Below, piece after piece: positions 53,871 to 64,000 of a DNA stretch of 64,000 nt (position 1 is the first letter of the stretch; each line of letters opens with the position of its first letter). The stretch is from contig CDPCPM010000238.1 of assembly GCA_976551045.1 (NCBI GenBank), positions 2,914,001 through 2,978,000 on the forward strand, given 5' to 3'. Made by a program: the position numbers and the translations under genes. The stretch comes from Glaucostegus cemiculus (lineage: Eukaryota). The notes under the pieces were generated by a model. It ran no database searches. It was not told the origin of the DNA and saw nothing but the letters and a program-made list of their open reading frames with translations.

Positions 53871-54530
53871 GACAAAGGAACTAGAAGATTCCTAATGTAT
53901 TGGAAGATAATGCATGATATATTTCAAATCTTTTGGATTCTGAAAGTAACACATAGTTAAATTGAGAGTCAACTTTCCTGCCAGTAGAGCTTCAAGTTCA
54001 AGCTTTTTTCAAATGTAATCTTAATATCAGAACTGGCCATTCAGAAAATAAAATGGACTGTCTTTAGGAAAAAAGCCACAGATGTTAATTCAATTGATAA
54101 TGTTAAATCTGATATTACAGGAATAGTTATTAGAAGGTCTGAGGCAAGGTATGTTGAACAATTAGGGCACAGTCCACAAGAATTCACTGCAGATTAGATC
54201 ATCTGAATAGTCTTCATTATAAATGCAGATGAATGATGATGAGTCTGAAATGACAACCAGATTTTTTTCTCTGCATTTGCTGCCTGATCAGAAGAGTGTT
54301 TGCAGCATTTTCTGTTTTGTTCTGGTAGTTACAGTATTTTGTTTGGATATAAATTCAGTTTTTATTATGGATGGTTTTTACACTGACTTGTAACTGTTTT
54401 TCTTTTGGACTCATAGTTATACGGCACAGAAACATCCCATTCACCCAATTCATCCACGCTGACCAAGTTACCATCTTGAGTTAGTTCCATATTCCTTCAC
54501 TTGGGCAATATTCCTCGAAACCTTTCCTAT

Positions 54531-54822
54531 GGTAGTGTAGTGGTTAGCATAACGCTATTACAGCATCAGCGGCCTGGGTTCAATTCCGGCTGCTGTCTGT
54601 AAGGAGTTTGTATGTTCTTCTCCCCATGTCTGCATGGGTTTCCTCTGGGTGCTCTGGTTTCCTCCCTCATTCCAAAGACGTACGAGTTAGGAAGTTGTGG
54701 GCATGCGATGTTGGCACAGGAAGTGTGGTGACATTTATGGGCTGCCCACAGAACACTCTATTCAAAAGATGCATTTCACCGTGTGTTTCAATGTACACAT
54801 AACTAATAAAGTTATCTTATCC
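54531..54822 (+). mobile_element. V-SINE (same family as 29582-29870)
   Basis: 'ggtagtgtagtggttagc...gggttcaattccggc...gggtttcctctgggtgctctggtttcctccc'. Confidence 0.88.
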
Positions 54823-55409
54823 ATAAACATGTTCAAATATTGTAATTGCACCCATCTCTACCACTTAATCTGGTAGCTCATTCTATATACACACCGTGTG
54901 AAAATCTTACCCTTCGTCCCATTTAAATCCCCCCCCCATTCGATTTAAACCTATGCCCTCTAGATTTGGACTCCCCTACCATGGGGCGTCTCTCCTTATA
55001 ACTCTCTGCTTATAACAGAAGCCCTCCAGTTTTTGCAACATCCCTGTGAATCTTTTCTACACACTCACTAGCTTCAAAGTCGAAGTCAAAGTTGAGTTTA
55101 TTGTCATATGCACAAGTAGGTGCTTGCCCTCTCCGAAGAAGGCAAGTGTGCCATATATCTTCTTCGCCAATTTATCTACCTGTGTCGCCACTTTCCAGGA
55201 AATATGTATTTGTACCCCTAGATCTCTGTTCTACAATACTCCCCAGGGCCTTGTGATTTGCTATGGAAGTTCTGCCCTGGTTTAACTTCCCAAAATGCAT
55301 TATTTCATACGTTTGAGTTAGATTCTATCGCAGATGTTCATCAGTTGTTATGATCATGACTGATTTGTTCTCAGAATGATACAAAGACTTGTTATGGTGT
55401 TCTTCCATT

Positions 55410-55870
55410 TCATTGATATGATAGTCTTCAGCCTCCTCCACTGCCAGGAGAATTTCAAGCGCAAACTGGAGGAACAGCATCTCATTTCCCGTCTTGAAAT
55501 CTTGCAGACTAACAGCATGAACATTGAACTCCCCCACTTTAGGTAATCCCCACCCCCTTCCACACAACCCCTCCCCACCATGCTGCTTCTTTTCTTCCCT
55601 TTCCTAGCCGCTTTTTCTACCTTCCCCCCCCCCCCCCCCTTACCTCTGACCCATCCCCCGGTGGATCTGAACTCCCCTTCACCCCTTGACCTGCCTATCA
55701 CCGTCTCTCACCTGCATCTACCCTGTGCCCACCCCGCCTCCCCTCTTTTGTCCACCTTTCACTGCTCTGCTTTTCCCTCCTATATATTGGGCTTCCCCTT
55801 TTCCTATCTTCAGTTCTGACCCGAAACGTTGACTGCCTGGCCTGCTAAGTTCCTCCAGCATCTGCAGCCC
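55410..55870 (+). mobile_element. Penelope-like 3' fragment just upstream of the OGFOD1 promoter
   Basis: LLHCQENFKRKLEEQHLISRLEILQTNSMNIE, C-rich UTR, 'gacccgaaacgttgac'. Confidence 0.8.
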
Positions 55871-55899
55871 TTGGTTTCTCTTCAATTTCTTTCACTACA

Positions 55900-56140
55900 G
55901 CCGGGAGGGTATTATTGCACCGCACGAATTGGTCCTTGACCGGTGGAGCCGTTGCTATTGCCCATCAATGGGGACCCAGCGGGACGGGAGGCGCAATCCA
56001 GTGTCCGACCTTTGAGTGTCGCTGTTCAGGGAGTGACGCAGCGTTGGGGCACGGCGGGGGCTGCCGGGTAATGTAGTTTGAGGGGGGGTCTGGCGCACGC
56101 TGGAGTTAATAGGGATTTGAATCGCTGCTGTGGGATTGGC
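55900..56140 (+). promoter_or_regulatory. CpG-rich OGFOD1 promoter with a ZNF143/THAP11-like motif and a CRE half-site
   Basis: High CpG density; minus-strand ACTACATTACCCGGCAGCC at about 56059-56077 (ACTACAnnTCCC-like); GTGACGCA at 56033-56040. Confidence 0.6.
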
Positions 56141-56291
56141 ATGAGCTCGAAGAGGCTTCGGGCCGAGTCGGAGAATGGGGCTGGAAGGAAGAGGCAGCTG
56201 AAGCGGGAGGTTGCAGAACTCAACCCGTTGTTGGTGGAAGCGAAGGAGCGAGTGAGCGAGGCCTGGAGCCGGGGCCTCGAGTACTCACACG
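56141..56291 (+). CDS. OGFOD1: OGFOD1 (uS12/RPS23 prolyl 3-hydroxylase) coding exon 1
   Basis: MSSKRLRAESENGAGRKRQLKREVAELNPLLVEAKERVSEAWSRGLEYSH resembles the vertebrate OGFOD1 N-terminus (…VAEAWSR…FSH). Donor G|GTGAG; GC-rich context. Confidence 0.9.
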
Positions 56292-56396
56292 GTGAGGGAA
56301 GTGCAGAGGGCCCCGGAGGACGGGCTGCAGCTCTCAGACCGCAAGGAGCGGCGGGGGCGGGGTTCAAAGCAGGGCAGGCAAAGGTGTCGAGGTCGG

Positions 56397-56610
56397 AAAC
56401 ACAAGAGACTGCAGCCGCTGGAATCTGCAGCAAACCAAACTGCTGCGTGAACTCAGCGGCCCGGGCAGCGGCTGTGCGGGGACAGGAACAGTCGGCGGTT
56501 CGAGTCGAGGTCCTGCATCAGGACTCGGGCTGGGTCTCCACCCGAAACGGCAGCGATTCTTCCCGACCCCAGATGCTGCTCGACCCCCTGAGTTCCTCCA
56601 GCCGTTTGTT
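56397..56610. mobile_element. Palindromic Penelope pLTR-derived short element in OGFOD1 intron 1
   Basis: Same architecture as 22569-22782. Confidence 0.7.
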
Positions 56611-57699
56611 TCCCAAGTGTCAGTTTGACTTAATCTTGTGTCAGTTGGAAGGTCATATTCGAATTTCATTCGAGGAGTTGAGCTAATCAGGGCTGACACT
56701 TTAATGCGGTGGAATGTATATATAAAAACACGTGAAGTGGAAGCAATAGTGGACTGAACAGTCCCTTGAGACTGTTTCGCCAAATGTTATGATGTTATGA
56801 TGAAACAGCCGGCTGATACCATCCCTGGTTCATTCCTGCCTGATCCTCAAATTCTCTGATTTCCTTAGTGTCTGAAAAATCTATTGATTTCAAACAATAT
56901 GCTCAGTGACTGAACAGCCATGTCCCCATGGGCTGGAGAATTCTAAAGATTTGTAATACTCTGCATTATGGAACCTGTCATCGTTTCAGTCACCTAAACA
57001 ACCAGTCCCTTATTTTGATACCTTCCTCACTAACTCTGAATTCTCAAGCTCGGGAAAGAGCCTTTTGTGATCTCCTTTGCCAATCTATCAAAGGATCTTG
57101 TATGATTAAATGAAAGTTTCTCATTCTTCTAGTCTCCAGTGAATATTGGCCATTCTTACTCAGTCTCTCTTTGCTGAACTGCCTCCTCATTCCAGAAATT
57201 AATCTCTATACTGTACATATTGAAAGGCAAAGCATATTTTTAGGAACAGAGAACAAAAGTGCACATAGTTCTCAAACTGATGTCTCAGCAAAGTGTCACA
57301 AAAGGCTTTCTTTTGTACCCATTGTGCCATTTGCCTTGAATTTCTTGCTGTATCTTGGTTACTTTCTGCTCAAGAACCAGTGCAGCAACATCCCTTCATA
57401 TACCAATATTTATCAGTCTGAACTATTATCTCAGTTTCTCCCCCCTCTCCTCCTCCCTCATTTGCTGAGTATACCCTGTATTTTTAGCTGTATATTGCTC
57501 TTACATTTTTTCTGCTCAAAGATCATTCCTCACAATTACCTTGATATCATCTTTTAAGAGTAGTCTATCTTTATGATTTTGCTTGTACATTCTAAATGTA
57601 AAGTTTTCTGGAATTTTTAACTTCTAATCCCTCTGAATAGTGGGTACCACAGGAATTGGTGATGAGGCCCAATTTCACATAATATCAATAGTTCAGATG

Positions 57700-58870
57700 G
57701 AATCAATATTAGTTTTTCCAAGGTGATTGATGTTACAATGCTGGGTGGCAATAGTGAAGTGTAAGGAGGATCATAGAGGCTTCTGGCTGAATGAATGGGC
57801 AAGAATGGAATGAATAAAATGTAGAAAAATATGAGCTCATCCACTTTGCTAGAAAAGATAGAAAGGCAGAGTATTTGTGTGAATAGTGAGAAATCAAAAT
57901 GCTTGTTGTTAAAAGTGACTTGTTTGTCCATGTATATGAATGTAAGTAGGCTAATGCTATTTTGACCTTTACTGCAAGAAAATTTCAGTGTAAAAGAAGG
58001 AATGTCTTGCTCCAGGGTCCTAGTGAGACCGCTGGAATATCGTGCATTTTTCTGGTTCTCCTCACCTACAGAAGGATATACTTGTGACAAAGGGTTTGCA
58101 GTGAATATTCACCAGGCTGATACCTGGTATGGCAGGTTTGCCATATGTGCAGAGGGTAAGTAAGTGGAATCTATACCATCCTGGATTTAGAGGAATGAGG
58201 GATGATGTCATTGAAAGACTTAAAATTCTTAGCCCTAGGTGGTAATGTGGACCATGAGGGGTTGTTTACCAGCTTAAGCCTAAGTGAATTGGCAAGGTTA
58301 TAGCAGATGGAATATATCGTGGAAAAAAAAGTGAGCTCGTCTACTGTAATAGACAAAGTAGAAAGGCAGATGATTTTTGTTTGAGTTTGGTGGTTTTTCA
58401 CAACTTGCAATCTGCTTCCAGTTGGCTTTACTATATAAGACATGCAAATTAGAAATGATTAGGAATGTATTTTTACTCTAACTTTTGACTCACTGAAAAA
58501 TAGTTTTTGCTTCAGAGTGCAGGTTGCAGTATGAATCTAGGGTTCATTTTACCTTGGATGGAAATGATTTAATGTTCTCTGGAAGGAAAAAAAGTACTGG
58601 AGTTGGGATGAGGGGTTGATCGTTCCCTGGACATCAGTATCTAAAACCTGGGTCATAGTTTCAAAATAGAATCAGACATTCAGACTGGAGATGAGAAGAC
58701 ATTTTTTCACCTCAGAAGTGGTAACTAAGTGGAGTGTGCAGAACTCAGTTGCCTACACCCAGATTGATAGGTTTTTGTATGTTAAAAGAATCTAGGGATT
58801 TGGGATAAGTGCAGGATATTGGCACTGAGGTTAAATATCAGCCATGATATGATTGAGGGTGGAACAGGCA
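57700..58870 (+). mobile_element. Old fragmented CR1 LINE in OGFOD1 intron 1
   Basis: Degenerate 'gtgagaccgctggaatat', 'ttcaccaggctgatacctgg' and 'tcagccatgatatgattga'. Confidence 0.65.
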
Positions 58871-59230
58871 CGGGAAGCCAAAATTAGCGCACAAGGTTTG
58901 ATTGAAATTGATGTGGAGTACAAGCACAGTGATCTGTGCATCTTGCATGTTCAAACATTCATGCCTAGGCGTAGAGGTCAGCACATGCTGAGAAGAATTC
59001 AAGTGTAAGTCAGGCAGTGCAAGTGGAACCAATACTGCATTTATTGGTACTTGTGATGGGCAACAAATATTTTCCTTTTATATTCTTTAGGTGACTATGT
59101 TCATTCAAATTCCCTTTTATTCTTGAAAACAATTGAAATTGTAAGAAAAAAACATTTTATGCCTAATTTACTGCAGCATGACTCCTTCTTGACAAGATAT
59201 TTACCTCTGCCTTTCTGCCTTCCTTTACAG

Positions 59231-59379
59231 AGCAGGGTCTGCTGGTCAGCACTCAGCCATTCACACACTGTGTAATACCAGATTTTATCCAGAGTCAGTC
59301 GTTCCTGACAGGACTTCAAAATGAGCTTCTACAATTAAACTTTCATGAAAAATCCAATGATCTCTATAAATTTAAGCAG
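59231..59379 (+). CDS. OGFOD1: OGFOD1 exon 2
   Basis: tttacag| [50 protein letters not shown] |gtgag. Confidence 0.95.
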
Positions 59380-60266
59380 GTGAGAAGCAGCTTATGCAGG
59401 GAGCAAATAGAAGGGTTGATTGCAGGGAGAATGAAATTAAACTGATATACCAAAAGAACAAGGCCTTTTGCTGTGTGCACATTAATGGCTTTGTGCTGAG
59501 GAGTTACTGATTTTATTGCTCTGTATGCATGAAGCCTGTGTGTCATGATGCAACAGATACTTAAGAATGGTGTAGACTGTGAGGTTCTCTCACCAGTAAA
59601 TGACCTAGTTGCCCAATGTAGACAAGAGAATCATTGTATAACTGACTCTTGAAGTGATAGATGAATGAACAAAAGAAATAAATAATTCATTAATTATCAT
59701 TTACACAACATTTTACAGCCAAATGACAACTTTTTATAGTGTTGTCATGGTTGATGGTTGTACTGTCAGAAAAACTTCGTACTAAGTTTTGGAATGATAT
59801 AAACTGAGACAATGAGCAGAAACCCTGCAACAGAGGATGAGGTGTGCAATTTTAAATTTTGTAGTGACCTAGGGACAATCACGTTACTTTCCAGTTACCA
59901 TGCTTGCTGTCATTTTTATTTTTTTACCGGAGACAGCAGGTTGCGAGCATCTTTTAAATACTATTTAGAAGTCTTTATTAGCTTATTCAAGGTAAATTGG
60001 AGAGCTTAAATCTGGATAGCATAATACACAGCTAATCTCCATGCAATGATGCCATAAATGACTGTTAATGAAGTGATGAGATGCATTTCTGAATGTAACT
60101 ATTCTGACTGAACTAACAGAATGAGGTTCCAGATGAATATTCAGCGCTAACATTTTGATGGAGGCAAATAAATGGAGCCATTAAAGGGACAATTCTGGTA
60201 GTAAATATAGAGTTAGAACTGATTGACTTTTTTTGTATGTTAATGTTATATATTTTTTCCTGATAG

Positions 60267-60313
60267 TCAGATGATCTCAGAAGGAGGAAAGAGTACCATA
60301 TCTCGGCACTAAG
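60267..60313 (+). CDS. OGFOD1: OGFOD1 exon 3
   Basis: tgatag| SDDLRRRKEYHISALR |gtgag, 47 nt, phase 0-2. Confidence 0.92.
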
Positions 60314-61372
60314 GTGAGTTACTGTGAACCCAGAGCGTATCCTCTTGTGAAGTCTCTAGTAGAGTTCATTGACACTTTCAGTAAAATACCTTGCCCTGTT
60401 ACAGTAATGGGAGATACTACAGATATCCCTCAATTTACATATATTTTATTTATGAGTTTGGCATAATGCATTTTAAGATACATATTCAACAAGCTATAGA
60501 AAGGGGGTGTGGGAAATGGGGCCCAGAGTGTCAAAAGGGAAAACAGGTCCCAGGTGGGGTTAAAGAGAACACTGGAAATAGGTCCCTGGTGAGTAGGAGA
60601 GAGCATGGGAAATGGGATTGCAGTGTGTTTGAAGGGAGCTTGGGAAATGGGGCCCCAGTGTGACAGATACCTAACCACTGGGACTTCTGAGCAATCAAAT
60701 AGCAGATGATTGGCGTTTTACTGTACTCCTTCATGTTTACCACATCTCTGTAGCTGGCACCACCATGAATTGTGTCTTTCTGTCTCTCATAATCTCAACA
60801 CTTACACAGACCTTCCCTCTGGAACTCTCTGCCTCTTCCTGCTGTCTCCACAACCTAATAATTTTATTATTTCCAACTTCTCTCAATTCTAATGAAAGAT
60901 GATCAATCAGAAGTGTTTCCCACACCACAGGTGTTGCCTGATCTGCTATTTCCATTGTTTTCTGTTATTATTTTGCATTGTATGCCTTGTGATATAACAT
61001 CGTAACTTCAGAGTTGAACTTTATTTATACAGCACAGTAACGGGCCCTTCCAGTCCAATGAGCCCGCGCCGCCCAATTACATCCATTTTTTGGTTGCAAA
61101 AAGTGGTTGGCAATGCAGGGAAGAATTGATATTCTGTTTGATCAGTGTACAGGGAAAACTGCAGATGTAGCATTGCACCGTCAACTCTTAAGAATCAAGT
61201 GTTCGAATCTTAACAACTGTCATCAAGAAATGTGCAAAAATGTTTTGCAGTTGCTTATTGTTCACCTGTAATATTTTTGCACCCAAGCAGTGTTTAAATT
61301 TAGTTGAATTTGTGACCTAACATATTTAGTTACAATTAAGCTGTTCATATCTTTTTCTCTGTATCTCTCCAG

Positions 61373-61473
61373 AAAAATACTTTATGAAGACTTTTGTACA
61401 TGGCTCTCAGATGTTGCAGGTGTAAAGCTGGAAAGCACGGTTGATATATCCTGTGCTAAGTATGAATACACAG
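61373..61473 (+). CDS. OGFOD1: OGFOD1 exon 4
   Basis: ctctccag| [33 protein letters not shown] |gtatg. Confidence 0.95.
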
Positions 61474-63027
61474 GTATGCAGTGATAAATGTATAATGTGG
61501 TACATATCGGGGATATTGATTACATGTCATTTTACAGTCGGTGCTGCCTATGTTCTATTACGTGGGACATATGGTGTCACAGTTGCAATGTTCTATGACT
61601 CTGATATGCACAGAATAAGTATTTTTGCTGAGTTGCAGGTATCCAAGTAATGTCTTGCACTGAGTGTACTATAATTGGTGTATCAAAACAGCGATGTAAA
61701 CTAGACGTAACATTTACTAATGATATGTTACACTATGCTGTAGAAATATTGCGTACAGTTAGCTAATTTGAGACTGCTTTACGGATGGGTCTTTAAAGTT
61801 ATCAGAATTGTCAAATACGAAAGTCCTTGGGTAAAAGATATCCCAAGTTTAAAAGTCATTTTGGAAGCTGTGTTTGATGTATTGAGTGTCTCTAGAGAAA
61901 AGTACAGTTTACATCTAATACTATTTTTATGCTTAACGGGCTGAAATCCTGACAAAACTTGAGTTTTTGATAAGGAGATGGACTTCTGCTTTCTCACATC
62001 ATTTAGAAATGTTATAAAATGCTTTGCATACGTTGACTTGCCATAAAGTGCTGTCTTGCTGGATAGGTAAAATTGATAGTACTTTTTATATATACTCGCA
62101 AGGTAAGTAATCAATTAATTTGTTTTTGGTGTTGGTTGAGTGAGAATTGCTAACTGGGTCACCAGAGTTTTTCTCTCTCTTATCCACTCAGAGCACTTGT
62201 AGTCATCCTGTCTACCTTTTGCAAGCTCATGTCATCCATGAAGAGGAATGTTAGAGTTGATATGTGGTCATTATAAAGTTTTAGTTGCAAAAAGTGGTTG
62301 GCAATGCAGGGAAGAATTGATATTTAGTTTGATCAGTGTACAGAGAAAACTGCATGTAGCATTGCACCGTCAACTCTCAAAAATCAAGTGTTCGAATCTT
62401 ATCAACTGGCATCAACAAACCAGTAATGCACAAAAATGTTTAAGGCTAATTTCCATCTTCTCAATGCCATTCCTTACATCATTGCAAAGACAAATTTCTA
62501 GGTCCTTTTTATTTCAGGAGATCCTTAGAAGATAAGTGAGAAAGCACTTCTTTCTTTCCCCTGAAAAACAATAATCGCTCTGTTTTGCCTGAGGTCCAAT
62601 ATTTGCACACATTGTTATTGCTCATTTGAGTCTGGACTTTTTATGTAAACAGCTTATTTAATCACAAGGCAATTGCAGCTGTTTTGCTGTTGCTAATGTA
62701 TTTTGTCGCAGGGTCCATTCAGTAGAAAGGTGAGGACAGTTTGTAGACTTGCTTGTTGCCAGGAGAGAACATAATGCAGACCAACACTGGATTAAGGAAG
62801 CTGCCTGGCTTAAGTAACTTGGAGCGCAGAATGTTGGATGTTACCAAACCATAAACAGCGGTTACATGGTTTCGAGGAAATCATTTAAAAAAAACCTGCA
62901 TATTTAACGGTGACATTTATTAAACTGAAAATGAAATACTCAGCACTCATTGCTCAATACTCTAAGTTTAATCAAGCGTCATTTAGGTAGCAACATCGCT
63001 GAAATTTTGAACCCAATGCTGTTGCAG

Positions 63028-63144
63028 ATGTGTTGCTCTGTCATGATGATGAGTTAGAAGGACGGAGAATAGCGTTCATCTTGTATCTTGTGCCTGAGTG
63101 GCAAGCAAGTGATGGCGGCACCTTGGACCTTTTTGATGCAGATG
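63028..63144 (+). CDS. OGFOD1: OGFOD1 exon 5 (Fe-binding HxD motif); gene continues beyond the window
   Basis: ttgcag| [39 protein letters not shown] |gtgag, the diagnostic OGFOD1/Tpa1 motif. Confidence 0.97.
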
Positions 63145-64000
63145 GTGAGTAGGATCTACGATGTATCAATGACTTGTACTGCTTTTTCCCTGACTTCCTG
63201 GGGACTCTACCCAAGAAATGCCTATCTGATATTCATCATTATGGTGGGCATGTTTTGTGCTGATTTTGTGACTTTGGTTCTCAGTAATTAATGATATGAA
63301 TACCTTGGCAACACTCTACGATCAAGTATAATTAAGCATAATATGATAGAATTTACTTTGGGCCTGTGGCAGGGTAAATGGACCTAGCAGACTCAAGCCA
63401 GTTTCTAATGCTGGAATTCAAATTCAAAATTACTATTCTGACAGGCAAAATTAAAACGAAGAAGAAACAAACAATTATTTATGTACAGTGAATTTAGCAT
63501 GCTGCTATTTACTATTTTTCAAGTCTCTTCTTGGCATTTAGTATGAAGGTCTCCTTTTAAATGTAGAAGTGAATGGTTTAGTAAAATAGAAATTTATCCA
63601 TGGTTCCTGATTGTGTTGGCAGGTGAGTGTCAATCTAACTACTCATCAGTGTGGATCCAACAACTCTGCAGCAGTAGTTCATCTGATTTGCATCTCATCA
63701 ACCATGCTTAACATTGAATCCTTCCATCACCAGCACACAGTGATTGGCATGTGTACAGTTGATGAAATGTAGTGCAGTTACTTGCAAGGGCTATCCCAGC
63801 ATCACCTCTAAACCCATGACCTTACCACAGTTATGAGGGAACAGCCCTGCCTGCAGATTCAGCACCAATTTGCTACCACTGTTTTTGGAAATATATTGCA
63901 CATACTTCATTGTCTGGTTCTAGATCATGGAACTCCCTTCCCTACAGCAAAGTGGGAATACCTTCACTAGTTCATAGACTTCTGTTTTCACTTCTAGTTC

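Noticed and set aside
56078-56686. 202-aa ORF as a single-exon gene
   Set aside because: Only 56141-56291 is OGFOD1 exon 1; the rest reads through the donor into a GC-rich intron and a repeat.

Overview
Eukaryotic genomic DNA from a cartilaginous fish, probably a batoid (inferred from V-SINE/HE1-like SINEs, CR1 and Penelope repeats and the gene sequences). Most ORFs in the track are noise; the real genes are spliced. (1) Two tandem minus-strand immunoglobulin-superfamily receptor genes with leader / V (germline-joined J-like GNGSGxQLTV end) / C1 / TM / tail exons, of the NKp30/SIRP/'VJ-C1'-like type. Gene A (20823->18202) has an in-frame TGA just after the TM, upstream of a leftover ITIM-like exon. 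Gene B (42298->~34926) has an open TM and a different candidate tail. (2) A 3.3-kb duplication of gene B's upstream region at the window start, predicting a third paralogue just left of the window. (3) The first five coding exons of OGFOD1 (+, from 56141), with no NUDT21 seen head-to-head. (4) An unusual 1.5-kb insertion (30197-31705): a full LTR, a tRNA-Lys/tRNA-Pro chimera with a PBS hairpin, and an inverted partial LTR, flanked by a 4-bp TSD inside an L1 fragment. The rest is decayed CR1, other LINE, Penelope and SINE sequence, with a 184-nt assembly gap. All exon boundaries and identities were read by hand.
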